This document shows positions 1-10,167 of a stretch of 32,000 bases of DNA, in pieces. Position numbers and translations under genes: made by a program. The stretch covers positions 450,001 through 482,000 of the forward strand of contig NC_006055.1 in assembly GCF_000008305.1 (NCBI RefSeq). Direction: 5' to 3'. Every line of letters starts with the position of its first letter. Position 1 is the stretch's first letter. The notes below the pieces were generated by a model. It saw nothing but the letters and a program-made list of their open reading frames with translations, was not told the origin of the DNA and made no database searches. This DNA comes from Mesoplasma florum L1. Its GTDB lineage: Bacteria; Bacillota_I; Bacilli_A; Mycoplasmatales; Mycoplasmataceae.

Positions 1-231
<231 letters not shown>

Positions 232-245
232 TTTCTAATCTCCTT

Positions 246-470
246 TAAAAATAAAAATCGCCCCTTATATAAGGAGCGACTAACCGCGGTACCATCCTAA
301 TTAATAAATTAAAGCTTAATTTATCATCTTCAAGGTTTTAACGGTGCCACCGCAGAATTCTACTCAATATAATTTTTCTTTTCTGTTGAAAAAAGGTGAT
401 ATCTTTTAAATATTATTACTAGTTTACACCAACCACTAGCTCTCTTTGAATAATTAATTTAAAAAACTTG
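246..470 (-). promoter_or_regulatory. T-box riboswitch leader of ileS, with a candidate AUC (Ile) specifier
   Basis: The reverse strand contains the conserved T-box sequence AATTAGGATGGTACCGCG (rc of 285-302). It also has an F-box-like CCGTTA, an AGAGAG / GGTGTAA stem-I type motif (rc of about 425-455) and GAUAUCA, where AUC followed by A is rc of 397-400. A terminator hairpin GUCGCUCCUU-AUAU-AAGGGGCGAU followed by UUUUUAUUUUU (rc of 251-280) sits just before the SD. Confidence 0.8.
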
Positions 471-509
471 TCCTTTAGTTTTTATAATAATATTTTATAT
501 TATTTTTAA

Positions 510-1484
510 TTAAATTTGATGTTTTTTAACAAAATCTGTTGTTCTTAAAATGTAATCTTCTGTAAACTTAATAATTGATTTAGTATGATTAATTCCTGTA
601 TCATAAATAATTAATTCATTCACTTTAGATTCTTCTATATTGTTTTTAACATCTTGCATTTTAAAACTATCTAAAAAGTTTGTTACTCTATCAAATCTGT
701 TATGAATATACATAATAGGTATATACTTATGTTTTGTCTCAATTAAATTAATAAAATCAAGTTCAACTAGATTAACTCCATATTCATTTTTATATATTTT
801 TAACATGTCTTCTAAAACCAAGTTAACATAATTCTCAAATATTTTTGGGGCATTATTAGCAACCATACTTCTTAGAAGTTTTGAAACTGACATATAAGCT
901 GAATCTGATATTGCTCATTTAATATTATTTTCCTTAACAAATTTTTCTTCTGTTAAAGCTAGGTAGTTAACTGTAAATCCACCCATACTTGTTCCAACAA
1001 GACCAATTTCTTCTGGTTTATAATTTTGTGTTACTCATGTAATAATTGTCATTAAGTCTCATTTTTCTTTATAACCTCAAGTTACAACATCACTATCACT
1101 TGATCCATGATTTCTAAAATCAAAAGTTATTATGTTATACCCTAATGAACGATAGTGTCAAGTTAGATATAAAACATTGAATCTTCCTGAATTGAATCCA
1201 TGAACACCAATTACTCATTTATTACTTGGCTTTGGATTTAATCATACACTAGCAACAATTTTTACACCATCTTTTGAAAGCGTTGTGAAATTAGCTGTTG
1301 GGCTTTTATATTCTTTTATTTTTAATTTTTTATTTGAATTTCTATTAGTTGAATTAAAGTTATTAATTGTTTTAACAAAATTAATTTTTAAACTTGCTGC
1401 TTCTTCACGTTGCTTAATTGTTTTGGAAAAACTTGAATTTCACATTTGAATCATTTTATGAGCTAAAGTTGAATATTCTGACAT
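510..1484 (-). CDS. Alpha/beta-fold hydrolase (esterase/lipase-like, substrate unknown), 324 aa
   Basis: The ATG at 1482-1484 (SD AAAGAGG) reads in frame to the stop at 510 once six or more TGA codons are read as Trp; 975 nt = 325 codons. Translation shows an oxyanion-hole-like VHGFNSG, the nucleophile elbow GTSMGG, and later NRFDRV and GINHTK as candidate Asp and His of the triad. Confidence 0.8.
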
Positions 1485-1541
1485 AATAACCTCTTTTCTA
1501 TTATTTATATTTTACTATAAACATACAAATAAAAATGAAAT

Positions 1542-1564
1542 AAAAAAAATAAGCAGTGCTTATT
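1542..1564 (-). terminator. Candidate rho-independent terminator after sepF, overlapping its stop codon
   Basis: The reverse strand reads AATAAG-CACTG-CTTATT followed by a T-run (plus-strand A-run 1542-1547). The stem is short and AT-rich. Confidence 0.45.
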
Positions 1565-1964
1565 TTCTAATTAATATTTTGTAAATGTTACCTTCAATTT
1601 TTTTGTAGATACCATCATTAATGTAAATAACACCTGATATGAAATCTATAATTCTTCTTTTTTCTGCTTTTTCTAATCCTGAAAGATCAATTAAAACAAT
1701 TTTATTAATTTTTAATTCATCTGCAATTTTAGCTGCTTCAGAAAAAGAAGTAGGCTTAATAATTTCAGTTCTTTTAGAAGGAATATCTTGATTGATTGTG
1801 TTTAATTCACTTTCATTTGAATATTCAACTTCTTCTTTAGTTGTTGAATCTTCTTCATCATACATACTGTATCCATTTACATCGTTTAAAGCTTGATCTA
1901 TTTCCCCTGATTCAAGTTTTTTAGTTTTCATTTTATCTAGTAGTTCTTTAATTTTCATTTTCAT
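1560..1964 (-). CDS. sepF: Cell division protein SepF, 134 aa
   Basis: This is an intact ORF 7 nt downstream of the ftsZ stop, with a GGAG SD. The C-terminal half (KPTSFSEAAKIADELKINKIVLIDLSGLEKAEKRRIIDFISGVIY...) matches the SepF/DUF552 pattern. An acidic linker lies N-terminal to it. Confidence 0.85.
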   Translation of the reverse strand: MKMKIKELLDKMKTKKLESGEIDQALNDVNGYSMYDEEDSTTKEEVEYSNESELNTINQDIPSKRTEIIKPTSFSEAAKIADELKINKIVLIDLSGLEKAEKRRIIDFISGVIYINDGIYKKIEGNIYKILIRK

Positions 1965-1971
1965 TCTCCTA

Positions 1972-3162
1972 CTATTTCAAGAATGTTGGGAAATCATCTT
2001 CAGTATCATCTGAATATGTTGATGCACCACTATTTACAGAATGCATAGTTTGGTGAGCATGTAGAACATCTTCTTCAAATGAAGTAGGTGCTTTTTGTTC
2101 TTCTTCAACATGAGTTGATTTGTATAAACTTGAAGTTCTTAAATTTGCAAATGTTGAAGCCGCGTTTGATTTTGTTCCTAAGTTTGCTGATGATTTAATC
2201 ATTTCTTCATCAAAACCAGTAGCAATAACAGTTACAACTAATTCATCTTTTTCAGTTAATTCTTTATTAATAGCTACTCCAAAAACGATATTTACTTCTG
2301 GGTTATCAATTGCTTGATTAACAACATCAACAACATCATAAGCATCGTTTAATGAAATACCTTCTCCACCAGTAACATTAACAATAACATCTTTTGCACC
2401 AACGATTGCTGCTTCAAGTAAAGTTGATGAGATAGCATCATTAGCTGCTAAGTTTGCCTTATCTGGACCTGTTCCTAAACCAATTCCAAATAATGCGTTA
2501 CCTTTTTTAGACATAACTGTTTTAACGTCAGCAAAGTCTAAGTTAATTAAAGCAGGAACTGCAATTAAGTCTGTAATTGTTTGAACACCTTGTTTTAATA
2601 TTGCGTCAGCTTCAGCAAAAGCTTCTTGAATAGGTTTAGCACCAATGAACTCTAATAAGCGATCATTTGAGATAACAATTGTTGAATCAACGTATTTTTT
2701 TAATTCAATTATTCCTTCTTCTGCAAAAGTGTTTCTGTATTTACCTTCAAATCTGAATGGTTTAGTTACAATAGCAACAACTAAAGCTCCTGTTTCTTGA
2801 GCGATTCTTGCGATAACTGGAGCAGCACCTGTTCCAGTTCCTCCACCCATTCCAGCAGTTACAAAAATTAAATCAGCACCTTCTAAAGCAGCTCTTAAAT
2901 CATTTTCAGATTCTAAAGCAGCTGTTTTACCTACTTCAGGGTTTGCTCCAGCACCTAAACCTTTTGTTGATTTTTCTCCTAAAATAATTTTATTAGGAAC
3001 ATTTGATCCTGCTAAAACTTGAGCATCAGTATTTGCAATATAGAAATCAACACCGTGAGCGCCTTGCTCAAACATTCTTGAAACGGCATTGTTTCCACCA
3101 CCACCAACTCCAATAACTTTAATCTTGGCTTTTTGGCTAAATTCTTGTGTATTATTATTCAT
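1972..3162 (-). CDS. ftsZ: Tubulin-like cell division GTPase FtsZ, 396 aa
   Basis: It carries the GVGGGGNNAV and GGGTGTGAAP tubulin signature motifs. A long disordered linker ends in the conserved C-terminal peptide DDFPTFLK. The SD is AAGGAGAAAAC. Confidence 0.97.
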   Translation of the reverse strand: MNNNTQEFSQKAKIKVIGVGGGGNNAVSRMFEQGAHGVDFYIANTDAQVLAGSNVPNKIILGEKSTKGLGAGANPEVGKTAALESENDLRAALEGADLIFVTAGMGGGTGTGAAPVIARIAQETGALVVAIVTKPFRFEGKYRNTFAEEGIIELKKYVDSTIVISNDRLLEFIGAKPIQEAFAEADAILKQGVQTITDLIAVPALINLDFADVKTVMSKKGNALFGIGLGTGPDKANLAANDAISSTLLEAAIVGAKDVIVNVTGGEGISLNDAYDVVDVVNQAIDNPEVNIVFGVAINKELTEKDELVVTVIATGFDEEMIKSSANLGTKSNAASTFANLRTSSLYKSTHVEEEQKAPTSFEEDVLHAHQTMHSVNSGASTYSDDTEDDFPTFLK

Positions 3163-3176
3163 TTTGTTTTCTCCTT

Positions 3177-4484
3177 TTATGCTTCTACTTTATCTATTAG
3201 TATACCATCATTTTTCAAATATAATTGTCCGCTTGCCTGATTTTGACTACCAAAATCATCAAAAAACGCAAATTGCATATTAATAACATCATTTTTAATT
3301 TTTTGTTTTTTAGCTTTAAATTCGTCAAATATAAATTTGCTTGTAATTTTGCTTATTAATCCATAACTTTCAAAGTGTTCATTGTTTTTTAGAGCACCAA
3401 TAACTTTTACTTGATTTACATAATCTGAAGATACTTTTGCTTCAGAAATTAAAGAAACACCATTTGGAATTTCTTGAATTAAACCAAAGTTAAATATAGG
3501 TGTTACATAGAAATCAATTTTTTCTTTTGCTACAAATGATTCTTTAATTTCTTTGTATGCATTTTTAACTGCTTTTTTCACTATTAATTGAATTTGTTCA
3601 CCTGATAATGTTTTTGAAACTAAAGAATTTTTAAATTTTAAAAGTACAGTTTTTAAAATATTTTTTGAATCGAAGTTAATGTTGTTGTATAAATAGTGTT
3701 TACTCATTTCATCACTAAGTCCAAATTCATTTGATATTTTTTTAATTATGCTGTTCATACCATTGTTTGTTGATGCATATTCAACAAATGCGCCTTTTTT
3801 AAATAATCCAGCTTCAATATGATCTTCTTTTCAATCGACAACTATAATATCGCTTTCATCTTTTGAAGGTCTTTGAATTGAGTTATATAAAGCTTCAAGG
3901 TTTGTCATGTATGAATCTTTACCTTCTTCAATTTTTTCAATAACATTTTTGTGTGATTCAAAAACTTTTTTGTAAATTGATTTAATTGAAATTATTAGTT
4001 CAATTTCTTTACCTTGAACATTTAATTTATTAACTTCTTGTTTGTTTCCATCAATTTTTACTTGAACTAGTTCAATATCTAAGTGATATGCGTTATTTGC
4101 TTGTTGTTCTCTTTTAACTATCTTTTTAAAGCAATCATTTACGTATTCTTCTGTCATTAATATTGGCATTTCACTTGAAATTGTTTTTTTCTTTGTTGTA
4201 AAACTATAAGTTGAACTTGGAACAACCATAAAAATTTTATTATCTTTTAATTCTGATTGTTCTTTAACAATTGATTTAATCATTGCAGATATATCTTTTT
4301 TTAATAAAGTTGAAATAGAATCTCTAACAACTCCATTTTCATTTAAAAAAGTAGAGTTATTTTTAGCTTCGATTTCATTTTCAAAAATTGAAATAATGTT
4401 GTTTTTTAATACTCTATAAGCATTAATTTTAACTACACTTTTTCTTATTTCTACTGTTGTAAATGTTTTATTATTTTTTAACAT
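3177..4484 (-). CDS. ftsA: Divergent FtsA-like actin-family division protein, 435 aa
   Basis: Track ORFs 3831-4484 and 3177-3758 are in the same frame and join through a TGA at 3831-3833 (1308 nt = 436 codons). The joining segment reads ...IIVVDWKEDHIEAGLFKKGAFVEYASTNNGMNSIIKKI..., which resembles an actin-fold phosphate-2 region. The gene sits in the canonical position immediately upstream of ftsZ. The sequence is highly diverged, so the call rests partly on synteny. Confidence 0.72.
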
Positions 4485-4523
4485 AACTCTATCCTCTTTT
4501 TTTCTTTATTTTTTCTCAATTAC

Positions 4524-5432
4524 TCAAAGCTTTGCGCTATGACTTCTATTATTATTTTCTACTTCTGTATTTGTGGGTTTTAATGGCTTTTTAAACAACA
4601 GTTTAAAGTCTTTTGATGATTCAATTTCATATGGTAAATTACTTAAGTAAAATTGTTGTTCATCAAGTGTATATTTCTTAAATATGTTTTTAACAACTTT
4701 TTCTTCTAATGAATGGAAAGTTATAACAACAACCCTTCCTTTTGGTTTTAATAAATTTAAACTTTGTTCTAACGAACTTTCTAAAGTTTCCATTTCATTG
4801 TTAACTCTTATTCTTAGAGCTTGAAATGTTTTTTTAGCAGGGTGTTTTTGTTGTTTCAATATTTTTGCTGGTAAAGATTTTTTTATTACACTAACTAATT
4901 CAAATGTTGTATTTATAGGTCTTGAAAGAATAATATTTTTTGCAATTGATCTTGCAAATTTTTCATCACCATAATTTCATAAAATTTGCTCTAGTTCTTC
5001 TTGTGTATATTCGTTCACTATTTTGTGAGCAGTTAGAGAATTATTAGCTCTATCCATTCTCATATCAAGTGGACCATCAAATCTATAACTGAAACCTCTT
5101 TCTGCCACATCAAATTGTGGCGAAGAAACTCCTAAATCATAAAGGATACCATCAACCTCGAAAATCCCTTGCATTGCCAACATTGCTGAAATGTTAACGA
5201 AATTTCCTTCTAGTATTTTGAAATTGTTACTAATTTTTGTAAGTTTTTCAGTTCCTTCTAATATTGCTGTTTCATCTTGATCAATTGAAAATAATTTACC
5301 ATCTTTTAATTTTTTTAGTATTTCACTTGAATGTCCAGCTCTACCAAGAGTACAGTCAACATAAATTCCATTTTCCTTAATATTTAGATACTCAATTGAT
5401 TCTTTCAATAATACTGGTATATGTTTTTCCAT
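4524..5432 (-). CDS. rsmH: 16S rRNA (cytosine1402-N4)-methyltransferase RsmH/MraW, 302 aa
   Basis: Track ORFs 4977-5432 and 4524-4859 join in frame across the TGA at 4977. I translated the gap as WNYGDEKFARSIAKNIILSRPINTTFELVSVIKKSLPAKI and found no other stops. Supporting motifs are HIPVLL, VDCTLGRAGHS and HPAKKTFQALRIRVNNE. Confidence 0.93.
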
Positions 5433-5872
5433 TATTTATTTAAACCTTGATAAATTGTTTCAGCAATTTCTTCCATTCTGTCACTGTTATCATTTTGATA
5501 ATTGTCATATGATTTTTGATCTCATATTTCAACTCTGTCACCCATACCAAGTATGTAAACGCTTTTTTCAATGTTAGCCAGCTTCAATAAGTTATTTGGA
5601 ATTTTAATTCTTCCTATCTTATCGATTTCAACTTCATGTGTATTGGCTATAATCTCACGAGTTATCATCCTTGTTTCTTTATTAAAAGAAGAAAGATTTA
5701 ATATTTGAGAACTTCACTTTTCAAATTCTTCTTCAGTTCTCATTTCTAAACTTCCTTCGAAGCCCTTAGAAACATAAACTGTTGAGTTTAAAATCTTGTT
5801 TCTCATTTTTGAAGGGATGGTAAGTCTTTGCTTATCGTCCAGATTATGATCATATGTTCCAAAGAATAACAT
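5432..5872 (-). CDS. mraZ: Transcriptional regulator MraZ, 146 aa
   Basis: My translation is MLFFGTYDHNLDDKQRLTIPSKMRNK...IDKIGRIKIPNNL..., showing the duplicated DxxxR MraZ motif. It has two TGA Trp codons. Its TAA stop (5432-5434) overlaps the rsmH ATG (5430-5432) as TAATG. Confidence 0.93.
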
Positions 5873-5900
5873 ACCACTTTCCCCCATTTCTTCCCACTTT
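5873..5900 (-). promoter_or_regulatory. Candidate MraZ operator: three direct repeats at 10-bp spacing abutting the mraZ start codon
   Basis: The reverse strand reads AAAGTGGGAA GAAATGGGGG AAAGTGGTAT(G). This gives TGGG/TGGG/TGGT at an exact 10-nt period, and AAAGTGG occurs twice. Confidence 0.5.
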
Positions 5901-5908
5901 ATAAATAT

Positions 5909-5937
5909 ATATTACTATATTTATTTAATTTTGTTAA
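5909..5937 (-). promoter_or_regulatory. Candidate sigma-A promoter of the mraZ operon
   Basis: The reverse strand has TTAACA (rc of 5932-5937), a 17-nt spacer and TAATAT (rc of 5909-5914). This places the predicted transcription start right at the first repeat box. Confidence 0.45.
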
Positions 5938-5967
5938 TAAAAAGAATTAAAAAAGTTAAAAAAACAC

Positions 5968-5992
5968 AAAAAAAGATGAGGCTAACCTCATC
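5968..5992 (-). terminator. Rho-independent terminator after rpmF
   Basis: The reverse strand has GATGAGG-TTAG-CCTCATC followed by seven T (plus-strand A-run 5968-5974). Confidence 0.7.
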
Positions 5993-6011
5993 GTTTTATT
6001 ATTAAGAGAAA

Positions 6012-6191
6012 TTAATCTTGAACAGATTTAACTTCTTTTCCTTTATAGAATCCACATTCTCTACAAACTCTGTGTGGTTTAATCATTGACCCACAGTTTT
6101 CGCATGAAACTAAATTAGAAGCTACTAAAGCTAAATGACTTCTTCTTTTATTTTTAGCAGATTTACTTGTCTTTCTAAATGGTACAGCCAT
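6012..6191 (-). CDS. rpmF: 50S ribosomal protein L32 (zinc-ribbon form), 59 aa
   Basis: This gene is missing from the ORF track because it is short. My translation is [59 protein letters not shown]. It has a CxxC...CxxC motif and an AAGGGGG SD. Confidence 0.95.
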   Translation of the reverse strand: MAVPFRKTSKSAKNKRRSHLALVASNLVSCENCGSMIKPHRVCRECGFYKGKEVKSVQD

Positions 6192-6211
6192 CTTAAAACC
6201 CCCTTAACATT

Positions 6212-6706
6212 TTATTTTTTCATGAACTCATTCAATTTATCTCATCTATGATCTACTTTATTTTGTTCATTTTGATGAAATTCTTCCTCAGACATAATTG
6301 TCCAACCAAATCCAGTCTTTTTTATTATATCACTATTATTTGACAAATTAAAAGGTAAATTTATATTTATTTGTTCTATTACATAATTTTGTACATCGAA
6401 TTCTTCGCCAACTATAATGTTAGCTTGATCGTTTATAGAATCAGAAAAAGAATATTCATCATTTCAATCAATTGAATCAGAGTATTCAAACTCTTCTCCA
6501 GTTCTTGAATCAATAGCATCAAGTGTGAAATTGATAATGCCATTAACTGCAACGGTTTCAATTGAACTTATTCAATCAACATCAATATCATAATCTAAAT
6601 ACTTAACTTTTTTCACTAAAATGTTATTAAGTTTTATTGATTCCAAATCATTTATTATTTCTGTTAATTCTGTATGTACTTGTTTTTCAAAATATTGTTT
6701 ATTCAT
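6212..6706 (-). CDS. DUF177 / YceD-family protein (large-subunit rRNA accumulation protein-like), 164 aa
   Basis: The reverse ATG at 6704-6706 reads to a TAA at 6212-6214 with three TGA Trp codons. It is an acidic protein ending ...VDHRWDKLNEFMKK, which is a YceD-like C-terminus. It sits in the conserved position directly upstream of rpmF. Confidence 0.72.
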
Positions 6707-6710
6707 AGTA

Positions 6711-9092
6711 CTATCTAACTTTAACTTTTAATTCTTTTAAATTATTTAATATTTTTTCAAAATCATCGTTAATCTCTTTTTCAGTTAACTGGTGATCTAA
6801 ACTATTAAATGATAATTTAACAGTTAATGATGAAATATTTTCTTTATCCATTTGTTCATCTGAATATTTGTCTATTACTTTGTAATTTGTTAAATAATTT
6901 AGATCTTTTAACATTGCTTTAACGATTGTATCAAAATTAACATCATTACTTAATTCAAAAGAAATATCTCTTGTTGATTTTTGGAATTTAGAAATTTCAC
7001 TAGTTACATGCACTTTATCAGCAATCTCAAGTAATAAGTTTAAATTTACTTCACAAATGAATGTAGGATAAATTTTATTAGCTTGTTCAAATGCAGGATT
7101 TAATTTATATATAAATCCAATTTTTTTATTTTTATATTTTACAGTTGCATTAATATAAGGATGAATTTCATCAATAGCTTTATCGTTAACTTCAAATGTA
7201 ACATTTGTTACATCAACTTTATATAAATCTAAAACGCTCATTAAAATTGAACTTATATAAGCATAATTTGATTTAATATGTACTTGACTTAATGAATCAG
7301 TAATTGCTTCTCCTGAAACACCAAAACATAAATTTGATTGTCTGAATCCATTTAGTGCAAAGATATCAGCCATTTCAAAAAACTTTACTGATTTGTTTCC
7401 ATTATTAGCATTAAAAATAATTGTATCTATCATAGATTTTGATAAATTATTTCTAAATGTTTCACGTTGAATTGATAAAGGACTCATTAAAACAACAGGA
7501 TCTTTAACTTTAAATAAGTTTCAAGTTTTATTTGATTCTATATCAGTTAAAGAATATGTTTTAATATTGTTAAAACCTGCACCAACTAAATAATCGCTTA
7601 ATTTATCTTTAAGTTTTTTATCTAAGTTTTTAGTTTTTTTGAAACTTACATATTCTAAAGGTTGTTCTATAATATTGTCATAACCATATAATCTAGCTAT
7701 CTCTTCGCATAAATCATTCTTGCCATATAAATCAGTTCTATTTTTATCAACAGTAAATGTTAATTCAGACTTTTTAACAGATATTTCAATATCTAATGTT
7801 CTAAATAAACTTATTATTTCTTCAACAGTTATTTCAATACCTAGAATATCTTGAACTTTTTCTAAAGTAATTGAATATACATTGTCATAATTTTGTTTTT
7901 GAACTGTTGTTACAACTTTTTGAACATCTTCTAACATTTTATATTCATCTAATATTGAAACTAATTCATCTATTCCTTGATCATAAAGGTTTGGATTTAA
8001 TGGTTTTGCATATCTTTGAGTATCAACTGTGCTAACATTTAAGTTTCTTTGTTGTTTACGCATTGATATTTGGTCTAAATTTAACATTACAACAAGCATT
8101 GTAACTGTTTCTTCAGTAACTTTAAATTTATCTTCAGTTTTTAGTCCTAAAATATTAACAATTGAGTTGCCTGATTTTAAAACAATTAATTCTTTTTCAT
8201 CTATTGTTTGTTTTGTTAAAGTTAATTCTCCATTAACTTTATCAGCATCAATTAAAATAAAAGGTTGACCTGAAATTAAAGTTGCCATATTAGCTATATT
8301 TTCAAATTTGTTTTGAGCTGATTTAACATTTGAATGTTTTAATCATACGTCATGAGATGAATCGAAAGGTGTATTAGTATTTTTTAAACCAATAAAAGTA
8401 TGTGAAACAGTATTTACTTCATCTTCAACTTTTTTATTTAAATCTATAGTTATTGATTCAGTTGGTTTTTCAAATTTAACTTTATGTTCATTGTTATTAA
8501 TTTTTAAATCAAAATAGTTAGCTATTTCTTTTACTAATTGTTTTGCTGCTAAAGCATCACTTCTATTTAAAGTTAAATCTACTTCAAAAGTGTAATCATC
8601 AAAATTTAAAACTTCACTAATTTCTCTTCCAACCATTTCATCCATGTTTTTATAGATTGAATCAATGTAGTATACATCTTGTTGTTCATCTTCTGTTAAA
8701 ACTGAATTAGGTAATCCAATCTCATTAAAACCACAAAACATTCCTTCTGAAAGTATACCTAAAATTTCTCTATTTTCTAATTCTAGACCATTAGCTAATT
8801 TAGCCCCAGGTAAAGCAACTATTGCAAATTTATCTTCTTCAATGTTTCTTGATGTTGATAAAATTGTTGCATATTTGTTTTCACCAATACGAGTTTTAGT
8901 TTTCTTTAGTTTTGTTCCTTCAATTGGATCTGACTCTTCGATGTGTCCTATAACTAATTTTGTATTCAATTTTGAATAATCTATTTCTTGTTCAACTTCA
9001 AATCCTAAAGAGTTTAAACAAACTGAAATTTGTTCATTTGTAATATTAGAAAGATCTAAGTATTTTTCTAATCATTTTCTTGTAATAATCAT
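6711..9092 (-). CDS. pheT: Phenylalanyl-tRNA synthetase beta subunit, 793 aa
   Basis: Track ORFs 6711-7487, 7521-8288 and 8343-8969, plus an N-terminal piece, are all in one frame (2382 nt = 794 codons). The start reads MIITRKWLEKYLDLSNITNEQISVCLNSLGFEVE, a typical PheT N-terminus. The gene starts 7 nt after the pheS stop, with GGAG in the gap. Confidence 0.93.
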
Positions 9093-9099
9093 GTTCTAC

Positions 9100-10152
9100 C
9101 TACTCTCCATAAAATTTAAATTGTTCTAAAAATTGAACATTATTTTCATATAAGTTTCTAATGTTTGAAATTCCAAATTTAAGCATTGCTATTCTTTCAA
9201 TACCTGCACCAAAAGCTAACGCAGTATTTTTTTCTGGATCCATTCCATTTAATAGCATAACTTGTTCATTAATAATTCCTGATCCTAATATTTCAATTCA
9301 ACCTGAATATTTACAAATTGAACAACCTTTACCAGAACATTTAAAACAACTTACATCAACTTCTACACTTGGTTCGGTGAATGGGAATAGACTTGGTCTT
9401 AATCTAATATTAACTTCTTCACCAAATAATCTTTTACACATGTATTTTAAAACTCATTTTAAGTTAGCAAAAGTAATTTTTTTACCAATACATAATAAAT
9501 CTAATTGCATGAACTGGTGTGAATGAGTTGCATCATCGTCATCTCTTCGATAAACATTACCAATAGCAACACAGGCATAGTTACCTTCAAAGTTTTCGTC
9601 TTTAGCCATTTGTGTTAAAACTCTAGCTGTCATATGTGTACAGTGAGTACTTAAAACAGTTTCTTCATCTATATAGAAAGTGTCTTGCATATCTCTAGCA
9701 GGGTGCCCCACTGGCAAGTTTAATTTTTGAAAACAATATTCATCGCTTTCAACATCATTTCCATTTAATACATCAAAACCAATTTCTGTAAAGATTTGTG
9801 TAATCTCTTCAACAACAATATTAAGAGGGTGTTTAGTTCCAAATCTTGCTAATGTACCTGTTAGTGAAACGTCAATTTTTTCACTAGCTAATTTTGCATC
9901 AAGCGCTTCTTTTTTAATTCTTGCTACAAATTCATCAATTGTTGATGCAATAAATGTTCTTAACTCATGACTGGCAATTCCAATAGCTTGTTTATCATTA
10001 GTATCAGAATCTTTTAAAGATTTCAAAATTTCACTTAATTCTGATTCTTTACCTAATAAAGACTTTTTCAATTTTTCAGCTTCTTCAATTGTTTTTACTT
10101 TATTTAAATCAGATATAAATTGATCTTTAATCTTATTAATTTTTTTTAACAT
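9100..10152 (-). CDS. pheS: Phenylalanyl-tRNA synthetase alpha subunit, 350 aa
   Basis: ORF 9454-10152 continues through the TGA at 9454 into ...[43 protein letters not shown]...[16 protein letters not shown], which carries class-II motifs 2 and 3. Length is 1053 nt = 351 codons. Confidence 0.95.
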
Positions 10153-10167
10153 AAAAAACTCCTTTTG

